From Nitrosopumilus sp. (lineage in GTDB: Archaea > Thermoproteota > Nitrososphaeria > Nitrososphaerales > Nitrosopumilaceae): 64,000 nt of DNA. The translations under genes and the position numbers were made by a program. Positions 19,508 through 29,774 of this stretch are shown in pieces; position 1 is the first letter of the stretch; every line of letters starts with the position of its first letter. The stretch covers positions 1,795,079 through 1,859,078 of the forward strand of contig OZ242220.1 of NCBI GenBank assembly GCA_965206745.1, in the 5' to 3' direction. The notes under the pieces are model-generated. The model had not been told where the DNA came from. It was given only the letters and a program-made list of their open reading frames with translations, and did no database searches.

Positions 19508-20425
19508 TTGATGAATTGTGACAGATGCGAGAATCCTGCAGCATACACAAGAAAGTACTCTGGTGAAAAACTGTGCTCACAGTGCTTCTCAAGGTCAATT
19601 GTAAGAAAAACTGCAAAGACGATTTCAAAATACAACATGATCAAGCATAACGAACTAGTCGCAGTTGCAGTATCGGGAGGAAAGGACTCGCTTGCACTAT
19701 TGAAAATTATTAATGAGATGGCATCAACCCATAGTTTCAGGATAAAGGCAATTACCATTGATGAGGGGATACCTGGATATAGGAACGAGGCCCTGGAGAT
19801 AGTTGAAAAGTTTTGTGCCGAGCTAAACGTGGAACACAAAGTCTACTCGTACAAGGATCTCTTTGAGATGACACTGGATGAGGCCCTGGATCTGCGGGAA
19901 GGCGAAAAGACATCGTCATGCTCAATCTGCGGGACCCTTAGAAGAAGGGCAATAGACCATGCAGCAAAGGATATCGGTGCTGACGTCATTGCGACAGGCC
20001 ACAATCTGGATGATACGCTGCAGACGTTTGTGATAAACATGATCTCCGGTGATACGACCAAGATCGGATGGATGGATCCTGATACTTCGGCAAATGATTT
20101 GAGAAAGATAAAACCATTTTGTGAGATTTACGAGTCAGAGATAGTCTTTTACGCATTCACAAATGAGATGCCATTCCAGTCAGAACCATGCCCGCACATG
20201 AATGAGGGAATAAGGACGGAAATTCGTGAGTTTTTAAATTCGCTGGAAAATCAGCATAGCGGAATCAAGAACAACTTGTATCAGTCAGTTCTCAGAGTCT
20301 CGGCAGCCGTAAAGAGTTCTGGTTCCAAAGAAAAAACAAGATGCGAGAAATGCGGAAGTGATTGCACAGGCAAGGTGTGCTCAGTGTGTAGCATGGTTTT
20401 AAAACTAAAGAAGAGTCAAACCTAA
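19508..20425 (+). CDS. tRNA 2-thiolation protein, TtuA/Ncs6 (TIGR00269) family
   Basis: Terminal CxxC zinc fingers, SGGKDS PP-loop, CSICG.LRR, TGHNLDD. Confidence 0.9.
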   Translation: MMNCDRCENPAAYTRKYSGEKLCSQCFSRSIVRKTAKTISKYNMIKHNELVAVAVSGGKDSLALLKIINEMASTHSFRIKAITIDEGIPGYRNEALEIVEKFCAELNVEHKVYSYKDLFEMTLDEALDLREGEKTSSCSICGTLRRRAIDHAAKDIGADVIATGHNLDDTLQTFVINMISGDTTKIGWMDPDTSANDLRKIKPFCEIYESEIVFYAFTNEMPFQSEPCPHMNEGIRTEIREFLNSLENQHSGIKNNLYQSVLRVSAAVKSSGSKEKTRCEKCGSDCTGKVCSVCSMVLKLKKSQT

Positions 20426-20456
20426 TGCAAATATAACATACTTTCTTAGCAAAAAC

Positions 20457-20772
20457 GGTAGTAGGTAGGATCAGGGTGCCAGCCGTGCCCTATTCTGAAA
20501 CCGGCTATACGCAGAGATCAGCAACTGTTGGGTAAATCTCTAGATGGGTAATTCCCGCTTGGTGTGCGGAAATGAGATCACGCCGAGGCGGGTGGTTGCA
20601 GGACTAGAAATATCCGAAGGGATAACTTCTAAGACCGAACCATCGAAAGTGATGAGGTCCGGGAGGGAGCAATCCTAAGGTGGAGCATCCACGCTTCCTC
20701 GTCAACGTGACGGATCTTGTACGCCTTGAAATGGGGCTATTCGTTTAGACTGGAGCCAGCAGGTCTACTACC
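20457..20772 (+). ncRNA. ffs: Archaeal SRP (7S) RNA
   Basis: About 316 nt, GC-richer and intergenic; ends pair (GGTAGTAG/CTACTACC); helix 8 motif GAGGTCCGGGAGGGAGCAA; helix 6 ATCC-GAAG-GGAT tetraloop. Confidence 0.9.
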
Positions 20773-20801
20773 TTTATAATTAAAACAAGAGTTGGGACAT
20801 C

Positions 20802-21134
20802 ATGGAAGGAATCATCTCATTTGGAAACAAGAGAAGCTATGAGGACTTTAAGAAGCAGATTCCAACGCCGGTGCTGCCGTTGTTTGACTCAATTAGGGAG
20901 TTTTGCCTCTCTTTAGGAGACAAGGTCATCGAGGATGTAAGGATGCACAGGGTGGTTTTTTGCAAGTCAATGACATTCAGATGGTTTGCAGATGTGGAAC
21001 CAGAAAGAGGGGGAGTGATCATAAAAATTCAGAAGAGCAGAAAGGATCCAGTCCAGATTATCCAGGTAAAAATAGATCAGGGGATCTCAGATACAAGCCA
21101 GGCCATCAAAGAGGCCTTTGAGAAGATCCACTAG
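20802..21134 (+). CDS. Hypothetical protein (DUF5655-like)
   Basis: 110-aa ORF; LF..IREF...LG..V.E pattern and terminal IKEAF. Confidence 0.6.
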   Translation: MEGIISFGNKRSYEDFKKQIPTPVLPLFDSIREFCLSLGDKVIEDVRMHRVVFCKSMTFRWFADVEPERGGVIIKIQKSRKDPVQIIQVKIDQGISDTSQAIKEAFEKIH

Positions 21135-21409
21135 TACAGCACATCAAATTTTGAAAATTCCCCAGTGAATTTTTCATTACGTATCTCCACATCCTCAACT
21201 CTTGCATTGGCAGGACCGCCGTGCGCCCATTCAATTAACCGGTCAATTTTTTCTGCATCACCCTCCAAAACAGCTTCGACCCTGCCATCCTTGAGATTTT
21301 TTACCCAGCCAAGAATATCATTCTGCTTTGCCTTTACCTTCAATGTCTGACGGAAGAAGACACCCTGTACCTTTCCTGTTACAAAAAGCCTGATACGTTG
21401 TTTTGACAT
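21131..21409 (-). CDS. acyP: Acylphosphatase
   Basis: VTGKVQGVFFR, GWVKNLKDGRVE, GP..ARV. Confidence 0.95.
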   Translation of the reverse strand: MSKQRIRLFVTGKVQGVFFRQTLKVKAKQNDILGWVKNLKDGRVEAVLEGDAEKIDRLIEWAHGGPANARVEDVEIRNEKFTGEFSKFDVLY

Positions 21410-21455
21410 TAGGGGAATACTTTACAAGCCATTAATCAGTTTTAGGTTAAAGAAT

Positions 21456-22190
21456 CTACTTTCTTTCTTTGATTCGAGCTCTGCCTGTCTTTCTTGCTGC
21501 AATACTGCCCACCTTTGCACCAGGAGGAGCATCCCTTGAAACCGTGGAACTCTGTCCCACATGCTGATGACGGCCACCACCGTGCGGGTGCACATATGCT
21601 GCTTGAGCAACGCCTCTTACAATTGGATATTTCTTGCCTTTAGCTTTAAAACTGCGCCACTTGTTACCTGCGCTCATAAAGTGTCGCTCAGTTGCACCAC
21701 CGCCGGCCAGAGTACCAATCATGGCCCTGTTTTTGGGATTAAGGGTGGCAAACTTGCCAGATGGAAGCTTGACTGTTACACCGTCATCACCGTGTGAAAA
21801 TATGGTCGCATCAGTTCCTGCAGATTTCACAATGGCACCACCATCACCAAAGTGCTTCTCAATGTTGCACACAATTGTGCCATCAGGGATATTTTGAACG
21901 CTGATTACGTTTCCTTTCTTAATTTCTGATTTTAATCCAAATTGTAAAGTTGCGCCCACCGTGGTTCCCAGAATTGCAGGTACAAATGAGACAGAGCCAT
22001 CCTCAAATCTTATCTTGGCTAATGGCGCTTCTCTTCCACGCTCATGAATCAGATCGATGATTTGTCCCTCATGCTGTTCAGATAGTGGAAAACGCGGGTA
22101 ATTCGCCTTTACGCCTACTTTTCCGGTGGATGTGGATCTAAACTGATTGCCTCCACGGCCCCGTCTTCGTACTAGTGGTCTCTTACCCAA
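21456..22190 (-). CDS. rpl2: 50S ribosomal protein L2 (uL2)
   Basis: MGKR..RRRGRG, GR.APLA, LPSG, VRGVA...HPHGGG.HQH; start placed at TTG 22190 rather than the ORF-track 22247. Confidence 0.95.
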   Translation of the reverse strand: MGKRPLVRRRGRGGNQFRSTSTGKVGVKANYPRFPLSEQHEGQIIDLIHERGREAPLAKIRFEDGSVSFVPAILGTTVGATLQFGLKSEIKKGNVISVQNIPDGTIVCNIEKHFGDGGAIVKSAGTDATIFSHGDDGVTVKLPSGKFATLNPKNRAMIGTLAGGGATERHFMSAGNKWRSFKAKGKKYPIVRGVAQAAYVHPHGGGRHQHVGQSSTVSRDAPPGAKVGSIAARKTGRARIKERK

Positions 22191-22289
22191 GTTGATCGTT
22201 TCTGATACAGAGAGAATTTTAAGCTTGTGGTATTGCCAATTCTGCAAATTACCACAAAGATATAAAAATTAGAATTCAGGCAGTTATGT

Positions 22290-24476
22290 ATGAGTCAAAA
22301 CGCTCTTTCCCTGAAAGTTCTCGAAGCATATACACGGGATGTTGGAAGAGGGGTGGCAAGAATCGATTATGACTCTATGGACACGTTAAATGCCTCAACA
22401 GGCGATGTTATTGAGATTAAAGGTAAAAGAAGGACAGTCGCAAAATGTCTTCCGCTTTATCCTTCAGATGAAGGCAAGGGAATCATAAGAATTGACGGGC
22501 TTGGAAGGAACAACTCAGGAATTGCAATTGGCGATACGATATCTGTTAGAAAGATAAAGGCAGTGGCTGCAGAAAAAGTGGTGGTTGCGCCACTTGAGGC
22601 AATTCCGCCAATTGATGAAAGATATCTTGCAGATGCTCTAGAGAGCGTCCCTTTGATTAAAGGGGACAACGTGATGGTTCCATACTTTGGAGGACGTCTA
22701 ACTTTCCAAGTAATAGCAGTAAACCCATCGGCTGATGCTGTCTTGGTAACTCAGAAAACTATTTTCAATATTGCAGAAAAGGGAGAGACACTACGTGGAG
22801 TTCCGCAAGTAACCTATGAAGACATTGGTGGAATTTCAAATGAGATTAAAAAGGTCAGGGAGATGATTGAGCTTCCATTAAGACATCCTGAAATTTTTGA
22901 AAAGCTGGGAATTGAAGCTCCAAAAGGCGTACTGTTGTACGGCCCACCAGGTACAGGCAAGACACTGCTTGCAAAAGCAGTTGCAAATGAAAGTAATGCA
23001 CATTTTATCAGCATTTCAGGTCCTGAAATTATGAGCAAGTTTTATGGTGAGAGTGAAGCAAGGTTAAGGGAAATTTTCAAAGAGGCAAGGGAGAAGGCTC
23101 CATCAATCATCTTTGTTGATGAGATTGATTCGATTGCTCCAAAGAGAGAGGAGGTCACAGGAGAAGTCGAACGAAGAGTAGTTTCCCAAATGTTATCATT
23201 AATGGACGGATTGGAAGCAAGAGGCAAGGTGATTGTCATCTCTGCAACAAACAGGCCAAATGCGATAGATCCCGCACTGAGAAGACCGGGAAGATTCGAC
23301 AGGGAGATTGAGATCAAAGTTCCAGACAAGAAAGGAAGAAAGGACATTCTTGCAATTCACAGCAGAAACATGCCATTGGAGGAGGATGTCAACATGGAGA
23401 AGATATCGGCAGTAAGTCACGGGTATGTCGGTGCGGACTTGGAATACCTCTGCAAGGAGGCTGCAATGAAGTGTCTGAGACGACTATTGCCAGTCTTGAA
23501 TTTGGAGGAGGAGAAACTCCCACCGGAGACCTTGGATAAGCTAGTTGTAAATCATGATGATTTCCAGAAGGCCCTAATCGAGGTCACACCATCTGGAATG
23601 CGAGAAGTTTTCATTGAGAATCCGGATGTGAAATGGGAGGATGTCGGAGGATTGGAAGATGTAAAGCGAGAGTTACAGGAAGCCGTGGAATGGCCAATGA
23701 AGTATCCTGGTCTTTATGATAAACTTGGGCACAACATGCCAAGAGGGATATTGCTGCACGGTCCGAGCGGGACTGGCAAGACCCTGCTTGCAAAAGCAGT
23801 TGCCACCCAGAGTGAGGCAAACTTTGTTTCAGTCAGGGGTCCGGAACTCTTATCCAAGTGGGTGGGGGAATCAGAGCGAGGAATTAGAGAGATTTTTAAA
23901 CGTGCACGTCAGTCTGCCCCATGTGTCATATTCTTCGATGAGATTGACTCCATTGCGCCAATCAGGGGAGCAGGCGGAGAGACTGCAGTTACCGAAAGAG
24001 TGGTCAGTCAGCTACTGACGGAGCTTGATGGCATGGAAAACATGCACGGTGTCATAGTACTGGCTGCAACAAACAGGGCAGACATGATCGATCCCGCACT
24101 ATTAAGACCGGGAAGATTTGACAAGATTATTCAGATTCCACTTCCAGACAAGGAGAGTAGAAAGAACATCCTGAGGATTAATGCCGAAAAGATTCCAACA
24201 GTCAGTGATGAGAAGGATCCTCAACATGTTGATTTTGCAAAACTTGCAGAGCTAACTGATGGCCTCAGTGGTGCAGATACGGCATCCATTGCAAATACTG
24301 CAGTATCCCTAGTAATTCATGAATTCTTGGATTCACACCCAGATGTAAAGGATATCGAAAAGAAGGATGTCGATGCCAAGGTGACCATGAAACACTTTGA
24401 GGAGGCAGTAAAGAAGGTGAGGGAGCAAAAAGACCTCAAGATAGGCGAAAAACTGGTAGCCTCCTATTACAGGTAG
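22290..24476 (+). CDS. cdc48: CDC48/VAT AAA+ ATPase
   Basis: N-domain plus two AAA modules ([27 protein letters not shown]). Confidence 0.97.
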   Translation: MSQNALSLKVLEAYTRDVGRGVARIDYDSMDTLNASTGDVIEIKGKRRTVAKCLPLYPSDEGKGIIRIDGLGRNNSGIAIGDTISVRKIKAVAAEKVVVAPLEAIPPIDERYLADALESVPLIKGDNVMVPYFGGRLTFQVIAVNPSADAVLVTQKTIFNIAEKGETLRGVPQVTYEDIGGISNEIKKVREMIELPLRHPEIFEKLGIEAPKGVLLYGPPGTGKTLLAKAVANESNAHFISISGPEIMSKFYGESEARLREIFKEAREKAPSIIFVDEIDSIAPKREEVTGEVERRVVSQMLSLMDGLEARGKVIVISATNRPNAIDPALRRPGRFDREIEIKVPDKKGRKDILAIHSRNMPLEEDVNMEKISAVSHGYVGADLEYLCKEAAMKCLRRLLPVLNLEEEKLPPETLDKLVVNHDDFQKALIEVTPSGMREVFIENPDVKWEDVGGLEDVKRELQEAVEWPMKYPGLYDKLGHNMPRGILLHGPSGTGKTLLAKAVATQSEANFVSVRGPELLSKWVGESERGIREIFKRARQSAPCVIFFDEIDSIAPIRGAGGETAVTERVVSQLLTELDGMENMHGVIVLAATNRADMIDPALLRPGRFDKIIQIPLPDKESRKNILRINAEKIPTVSDEKDPQHVDFAKLAELTDGLSGADTASIANTAVSLVIHEFLDSHPDVKDIEKKDVDAKVTMKHFEEAVKKVREQKDLKIGEKLVASYYR

Positions 24477-24508
24477 TTTTAATAAAATAACAGATCTAAT
24501 CCTCGTAA

Positions 24509-25798
24509 ATGTCAGAGTATACAGGATATGAGGGGGATTCCTTGGAATTTCTAAAAGCCAATAAAATTTCAATTGGCAGTACTGTAAAGATCCTAGCAGA
24601 TATCACCTATCTGGGGATTGTAATGCCAAGATACGAGCACAGTGATGACAAGCACATTGTCTTGAAGCTAAAGAGCGGATACAACATAGGCTTGGAGATT
24701 GCAAAAATTCAAAAGATTGAGAGTACTCTGACACCAGAAAAAATCATCGAAAAGGATCAAAAGACTGCAAAGGATGAAAAGTTGCCAAACATTCTATTGC
24801 TGTCAACTGGAGGCACGATTGCAAGCAAGATAGATTACAGAACCGGAGCAGTTACTCCGACATTGGCTGCAGAGGAGCTAAATTCGTCAGTTCCCGAGCT
24901 TGCTAAAATTGCAAACATTGACACCAGGGTGCTGTTTTCAGAATATTCAGAGAACATCATGCCCAAACACTGGCTAAAGATCGCCCAGACAGTCAACGAG
25001 TATGTGGATTCTGACTATGATGGAATCATTATTGCACACGGTACAGATACCATGCACTATACATCATCCTATCTCTGTTTTTCACTGGCAGGGTTTCCAA
25101 TTCCAATAGCATTGGTTGGTTCACAGAGATCATCGGACCGTGCATCCTCAGATGCGGCACTAAATCTGATCGGGGCTGCAAAATTCCTTACAGAATGTAA
25201 GACAAACGGAATCTACATAGCAATGCATCAGGATGAGAATGACCAAACAGTTGCATGCCATATTGGAACAAGGGTGAGGAAAAATCACACCAGCAAAAGG
25301 GGGGCATTTCAAACGGTAGGAGATGATCCGGCATTCCTGATTGTGGATGATGAGATTCACAGCAACATGAAGGAGGAGTTTTTTACAGCCAACCAATACG
25401 ATCCCAAAATAAAGATAAACGAAAAGGTTGCCCTGGTAAAATACTATCCCGGATATGATCCAACTATGCTCAAAAACATCATAGATGCCGGATGCAAGGC
25501 AGTAATTTTTGAGGGTACAGGACTGGGACACATTGGGGAAGGCATGTACCCGGTGGTAAAGATGGCAGAACAGAGAGGCATCTTTATGGGAATGACTTCA
25601 CAGTGTGTGGATGGCAGGGTCAGAATGACAGTTTACGAGAGTGGCAGGGACCTTCTTAATTTGGGAATAACTCCCCTGGAGAACATGATTCCAGAGACTG
25701 CCTTGGTAAAGGCAATGTGGGCTGCGGGAAACACCCAAAGTCGTGAGGAGATCAAAGAGATCATGCTAAATAGAATTGCATCAGAATTTTCAATGTAA
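24509..25798 (+). CDS. gatD: Glu-tRNA(Gln) amidotransferase subunit D
   Basis: KLKSGYNIG N-domain, STGGTIAS, HGTDT, GSQRSSDR..SD, HTS.R.AF. Confidence 0.95.
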   Translation: MSEYTGYEGDSLEFLKANKISIGSTVKILADITYLGIVMPRYEHSDDKHIVLKLKSGYNIGLEIAKIQKIESTLTPEKIIEKDQKTAKDEKLPNILLLSTGGTIASKIDYRTGAVTPTLAAEELNSSVPELAKIANIDTRVLFSEYSENIMPKHWLKIAQTVNEYVDSDYDGIIIAHGTDTMHYTSSYLCFSLAGFPIPIALVGSQRSSDRASSDAALNLIGAAKFLTECKTNGIYIAMHQDENDQTVACHIGTRVRKNHTSKRGAFQTVGDDPAFLIVDDEIHSNMKEEFFTANQYDPKIKINEKVALVKYYPGYDPTMLKNIIDAGCKAVIFEGTGLGHIGEGMYPVVKMAEQRGIFMGMTSQCVDGRVRMTVYESGRDLLNLGITPLENMIPETALVKAMWAAGNTQSREEIKEIMLNRIASEFSM

Positions 25799-25813
25799 TC
25801 AGGTGATATCGAT

Positions 25814-27718
25814 ATGGAAGAATTCTCAATAAAAGATGCAGGTGTCAAAGTGGGATTGGAGATCCACCAGCAGTTGGCTACAAACAAGAAGCTGTTTTGC
25901 AACTGCAACCCGATAGAATCCGACGAGTATTCAATCAGATTTCAGAGGAAGTTACGTGCATCAAAAAGTGAGTTAGGCGAGTTTGATCCTGCAGCACTCT
26001 TTGAGAGCACAAAATCAAAGACAATAGTATACTATGCAAATGAACAAAGCAGCTGTCTGGTTGAACAGGATGAAGAGCCGCCACATGAGCTAGATGAGGA
26101 TGCAAGAAAAACTGCATTGATAATCTCTTCTGCATTGAAATCGAATATTTTTAGTGAGATTTATCCCATGAGAAAGACGGTGATTGACGGATCCAATACG
26201 ACCGGATTTCAGCGTACCATGCTGATGTCCCAGGGGGGATTTTTTAATGCAGGAGAAACAAGGATAGGGGTTCAGTCAATCTGTTTGGAGGAGGACGCAG
26301 CCAAGAATCTGGGAGATGACGGTCCTGTAAGAAAATTTGGCTTGGAACGTCTAGGGGTTCCCCTAGTTGAAATTGCAACGGAGCCTTTCGAGGTTGAATT
26401 GACAGAGATCAAGAAAATTGCACTCTCACTAGGAAGGATTTTGAGGAGTACGAAAAAAGTAAAGAGGGGACTGGGTTCTATAAGACAAGACGTCAACGTG
26501 TCGATAAAAGATGGGGGCGTAGTGATTGAAGTAAAAGGGGTACAGCAGTTAGATCAGCTAGAAAAGGTCGTAGAGTATGAAGCTAAAAGACAGCACGGTT
26601 TATTGAAAATCTCAGAGAAGATCCAAGAAATGAATTGGATGCATGATAAAAGAGACAGCAAGGACATTACAGAGTTATTTTCAGGTTGCAGTTCAAAGAT
26701 TATCCAATCTGCCTTGAAGAGGAAGCAGAGGATTGTGGCAATTACATTTAGAGGCATGGCCGGAATTTTCGGGTATCTGCCTTACGAAGGCATAAGACTG
26801 GGCAAGGAGGTGGCAGAACTGGTCAGATTCTTTGGAATAGGAGGAGTTTTTCATTCAGATGAATTGCCCAACTACGGAGTAGAGCAGGCAGACTTGGAGA
26901 GACTAAGGGAACATTCACAGATTGGTGAGAATGACGCTTTTCTGATCTTGGCATCCCCTGAGGAAAAAGTTCAGACCATAACTGATCAAATTATTCTAAG
27001 AGTCAAGCATATCAAAGATCACGGAATACCAATAGACACCAGATTGGCTACTCAGTCAGGTGAGACAAAGTTTCTAAGACCAAGGCCGGGGGCAGCCAGA
27101 ATGTATCCCGAGACAGACATTCCCCCGATAATCATTACAAGGAATGATCTATTGCAGGCAAAGGAAAGCATTCCGAAAGCTTGGGATGACTCTATAAAAG
27201 AGCTAGAGACAAAATACGGACTTAATCCACAGCTGGCTGAGCAGATCTTTGATTCACGGCATATCGGATTGTTTGAAAAAATTGTTGAAGAGATTAAAAC
27301 TAATCCCACATTTGTCGCATCAATTCTTTGCTCGACGATTACAAATCTGGAGAGGAGTGGTTTGAATTCTGATCTGTTAAAGAACGACGAGATTTTCAAG
27401 TTGTTTGGCTTGCTAGAGGGGGGTAAAATTGCCAAAGAATCAATTGAGATAATATTTGAAAGCATAATGTCTGGAAAATCAAAGACTGCAGAAGAGGCAA
27501 TGAAAAATGCGTCAATCGAGTCTGTTGGTGATGAGGAACTCGAAGAGATTATTACACAGATAGTGGACAAAAATGAGGGAATCATTAAAAACCAAGGGGA
27601 GAGGGCAGTTGGGCCTCTGATGGGAATTGCCATGAAGGAGTTGAGAGGAAAAGCTTCTGGAGAGACAATTAACAGCTTGCTTTTAAAAAATATCAAGGAC
27701 AAGTTGGAAAAAATTTAG
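25814..27718 (+). CDS. gatE: Glu-tRNA(Gln) amidotransferase subunit E
   Basis: GLEIHQQL, DEEPPH, DGSNTTGFQRT, RGLGSIRQDVN, RPRPGAARMYPETD. Confidence 0.97.
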   Translation: MEEFSIKDAGVKVGLEIHQQLATNKKLFCNCNPIESDEYSIRFQRKLRASKSELGEFDPAALFESTKSKTIVYYANEQSSCLVEQDEEPPHELDEDARKTALIISSALKSNIFSEIYPMRKTVIDGSNTTGFQRTMLMSQGGFFNAGETRIGVQSICLEEDAAKNLGDDGPVRKFGLERLGVPLVEIATEPFEVELTEIKKIALSLGRILRSTKKVKRGLGSIRQDVNVSIKDGGVVIEVKGVQQLDQLEKVVEYEAKRQHGLLKISEKIQEMNWMHDKRDSKDITELFSGCSSKIIQSALKRKQRIVAITFRGMAGIFGYLPYEGIRLGKEVAELVRFFGIGGVFHSDELPNYGVEQADLERLREHSQIGENDAFLILASPEEKVQTITDQIILRVKHIKDHGIPIDTRLATQSGETKFLRPRPGAARMYPETDIPPIIITRNDLLQAKESIPKAWDDSIKELETKYGLNPQLAEQIFDSRHIGLFEKIVEEIKTNPTFVASILCSTITNLERSGLNSDLLKNDEIFKLFGLLEGGKIAKESIEIIFESIMSGKSKTAEEAMKNASIESVGDEELEEIITQIVDKNEGIIKNQGERAVGPLMGIAMKELRGKASGETINSLLLKNIKDKLEKI

Positions 27719-27801
27719 TCAACAAACGTGATCGTATATTTGGGATTTCATGAATCATTGAGGGTTTTTCCACCATTAATCATTCATAGAAATCAAAGGG
27801 G

Positions 27802-27886
27802 TGCGGGAAGTGGGATTTGAACCCACGAACTCCTAAGAGATAAGGATCTGAACCTTACACCGTTGGCCAGGCTGGGTGACTCCCGC
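27802..27886 (-). tRNA. tRNA-Leu(CAG)
   Basis: GCGGGAG/TTCCCGC acceptor stem plus A discriminator, anticodon arm TAAGG-TTCAGAT-CCTTA, long variable arm, GTTCAAATC T-loop. Confidence 0.93.
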
Positions 27887-27963
27887 ATTGGGAAAAATTT
27901 GGAGCTAGAATATGATTCTTTATTATACCATAAAGCAATCATAAAGACTAATCAAGAGATAAA

Positions 27964-28128
27964 ATGGAATTCAGAGAAATATATTGTTCAAATTGTAAGA
28001 AAGTTTTGGGACGATACAACATTAAATTCTATACTGAGGATAAAATTAGTGAGCTAGTCAATACAACGCATTCTGCACATATTAGGAATGGCCATCATGT
28101 TAACATTAGAAAATTTGAAAAGGGTTAG
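27964..28128 (+). CDS. Small zinc-binding protein (54 aa, CxxC...H/H)
   Basis: Manual translation MEFREIYCSNCKKVLGRYNIKFYTEDKISELVNTTHSAHIRNGHHVNIRKFEKG; stop overlaps the convergent HAD gene. Confidence 0.7.
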   Translation: MEFREIYCSNCKKVLGRYNIKFYTEDKISELVNTTHSAHIRNGHHVNIRKFEKG

Positions 28129-28664
28129 GACTGTATTTTTTTAATTGCCTCTGATAGATTTGAAACTCGATGAATGTTATTTCCAGAGACATGTTTATTC
28201 CATGGTTGCGAATAAAGGATTACTTTTTTCTTATTTTTAAGGAATTTTTCTGCATTCAACGGGGAATCATCAATGAACACGTCATAATCTAAATCGGCTT
28301 TCATTGGACCGTCAATTACCGATACATAATCATCATATGCAATATCATGGTGGGCCAACCAGGATTTTACAGATGAGTCAGTGGAACGTTCTCTTGCAGT
28401 CACAATATCTACGTGGCCAATCTCTGCAAGTGACGCAGTTACTGAGGCCAAATTTTTTTCAGTAGTGGGAATGGCGGTCCAATTTTTCCAACAAGTGTTG
28501 AGTTCAGTGTAAAAATCATAGCGATCGATATCAAACTCCTTCCAAAAATCCCAACTGGTTATCTGATGTTTGGCGATTTCTGATCTAATAGAATTGCTAT
28601 AATTTAACCAAGAAGCTATGACATCTGCAAGTACGCCATCGACATCTAGTGCAATTTTCATCAT
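28125..28664 (-). CDS. HAD-superfamily 5'(3')-deoxyribonucleotidase-like phosphatase
   Basis: DVDGVLAD, VTAR, K, FIDDSP, PWN. Confidence 0.85.
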   Translation of the reverse strand: MMKIALDVDGVLADVIASWLNYSNSIRSEIAKHQITSWDFWKEFDIDRYDFYTELNTCWKNWTAIPTTEKNLASVTASLAEIGHVDIVTARERSTDSSVKSWLAHHDIAYDDYVSVIDGPMKADLDYDVFIDDSPLNAEKFLKNKKKVILYSQPWNKHVSGNNIHRVSNLSEAIKKIQS

Positions 28665-28669
28665 GCCAA

Positions 28670-29728
28670 TCAGTCACCAGATTCTTTAAGCTCAGATAAA
28701 AGATTTTTCTGGTGTTTGCTGAGTTTTTTAGGAATATTTACTACGATTCTTACAAATTGATCACCCGTGCCTCTAGAATTGATATGAGACACGCCCTTTC
28801 CTTTTAATTTGATAATGGTGTTGGGTTGACTGCCTGCATTAACCTTAATTTTTTCTGTTCCCTCCAGGGTTGGAACAATAACTTCACATCCCAAGGCAGC
28901 ATCAACCATTGAGACGTCATGATCATAAAAGATATCCTTTTCATCACGATGAAACTTTGAATGTGGTTGTACTCTTACTCTAATAATTAAATCACCATTT
29001 ACGCCATCAGGAATTTCATTTCCTTCTCCAGATACAGTGTAATCTCCCGAATCAATCCCTGGGGGTATATCAAATGTTACAGTTTTAGAACCTTTTTTCT
29101 TTCCATGTCCTCTACATTCATTGCATGGGGTTTCGATTATGGTTCCTTGGCCTCTACAAGCAGAACATGGTGCTGCAGTAACAAATGAGGCAAATCCCAT
29201 GTTACGAGTTTGCCTTACTTGTCCCTGACCATTACATGTTCGACATGTTTTCTTGTCGGTACCTGGCTTTGCACCAGAGCCATTACAGATATCACACTTG
29301 ATCTGTTTTTGTAAATTAATTTCCATTTTTTTGCCATGTAATACTTCTTCCAAAGTTACATGAGTCTCATAGAGAAGATCAGAGCCTCGCTGTTGTTGAT
29401 TAAAACCAAATCCTCCTCCACCACGACCAAAGATGGAATCAAAAACGGAATCAAAACCTCCTCCCTGTGCCCCTTGAAAAATATCTTCACTAGAATATCT
29501 TCCATCTACGCCAGCATGACCGTGTTGATCATAGATCTGCTTTTTTTCAGGATCTGAAAGAACTGCATATGCTTCAGAAATTTCTTTAAAGTGTTCTCCG
29601 GATTCTGAAGATTTGTTACGGTCAGGGTGAAATTTTAATGCTAATTTTCTATACTGTTGCTTGATTTCATCAGATGGAGATGCTTTTGTGACACCTAAAA
29701 CCTCATAATAATCACGTTTTGCAGTCAT
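28670..29728 (-). CDS. dnaJ: Chaperone DnaJ
   Basis: J domain HPD, G/F region, four CxxCxGxG repeats. Confidence 0.97.
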   Translation of the reverse strand: MTAKRDYYEVLGVTKASPSDEIKQQYRKLALKFHPDRNKSSESGEHFKEISEAYAVLSDPEKKQIYDQHGHAGVDGRYSSEDIFQGAQGGGFDSVFDSIFGRGGGGFGFNQQQRGSDLLYETHVTLEEVLHGKKMEINLQKQIKCDICNGSGAKPGTDKKTCRTCNGQGQVRQTRNMGFASFVTAAPCSACRGQGTIIETPCNECRGHGKKKGSKTVTFDIPPGIDSGDYTVSGEGNEIPDGVNGDLIIRVRVQPHSKFHRDEKDIFYDHDVSMVDAALGCEVIVPTLEGTEKIKVNAGSQPNTIIKLKGKGVSHINSRGTGDQFVRIVVNIPKKLSKHQKNLLSELKESGD

Positions 29729-29774
29729 GAATCATATCTCCATCATAAATCCGTATAAATGATTGAATTGAGAC

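Noticed and set aside
20457-20772. RNase P RNA
   Set aside because: No GAGGAAAGTCC/P4 motifs; the SRP helix 8 motif is present instead
27052-27702. Long antisense ORF inside gatE (similar cases at 44092-44706, 58890-59414, 18917-19426)
   Set aside because: Codon-mirror shadows of conserved genes with no protein motifs
27802-27886. tRNA-Sec reading (TCA in the loop, long variable arm)
   Set aside because: The 5-bp stem centres CAG in a 7-nt loop; the 7-bp acceptor and A discriminator fit Leu
27863-28057. 64-aa ORF-track protein
   Set aside because: Overlaps the tRNA and the better CxxC ORF at 27964-28128
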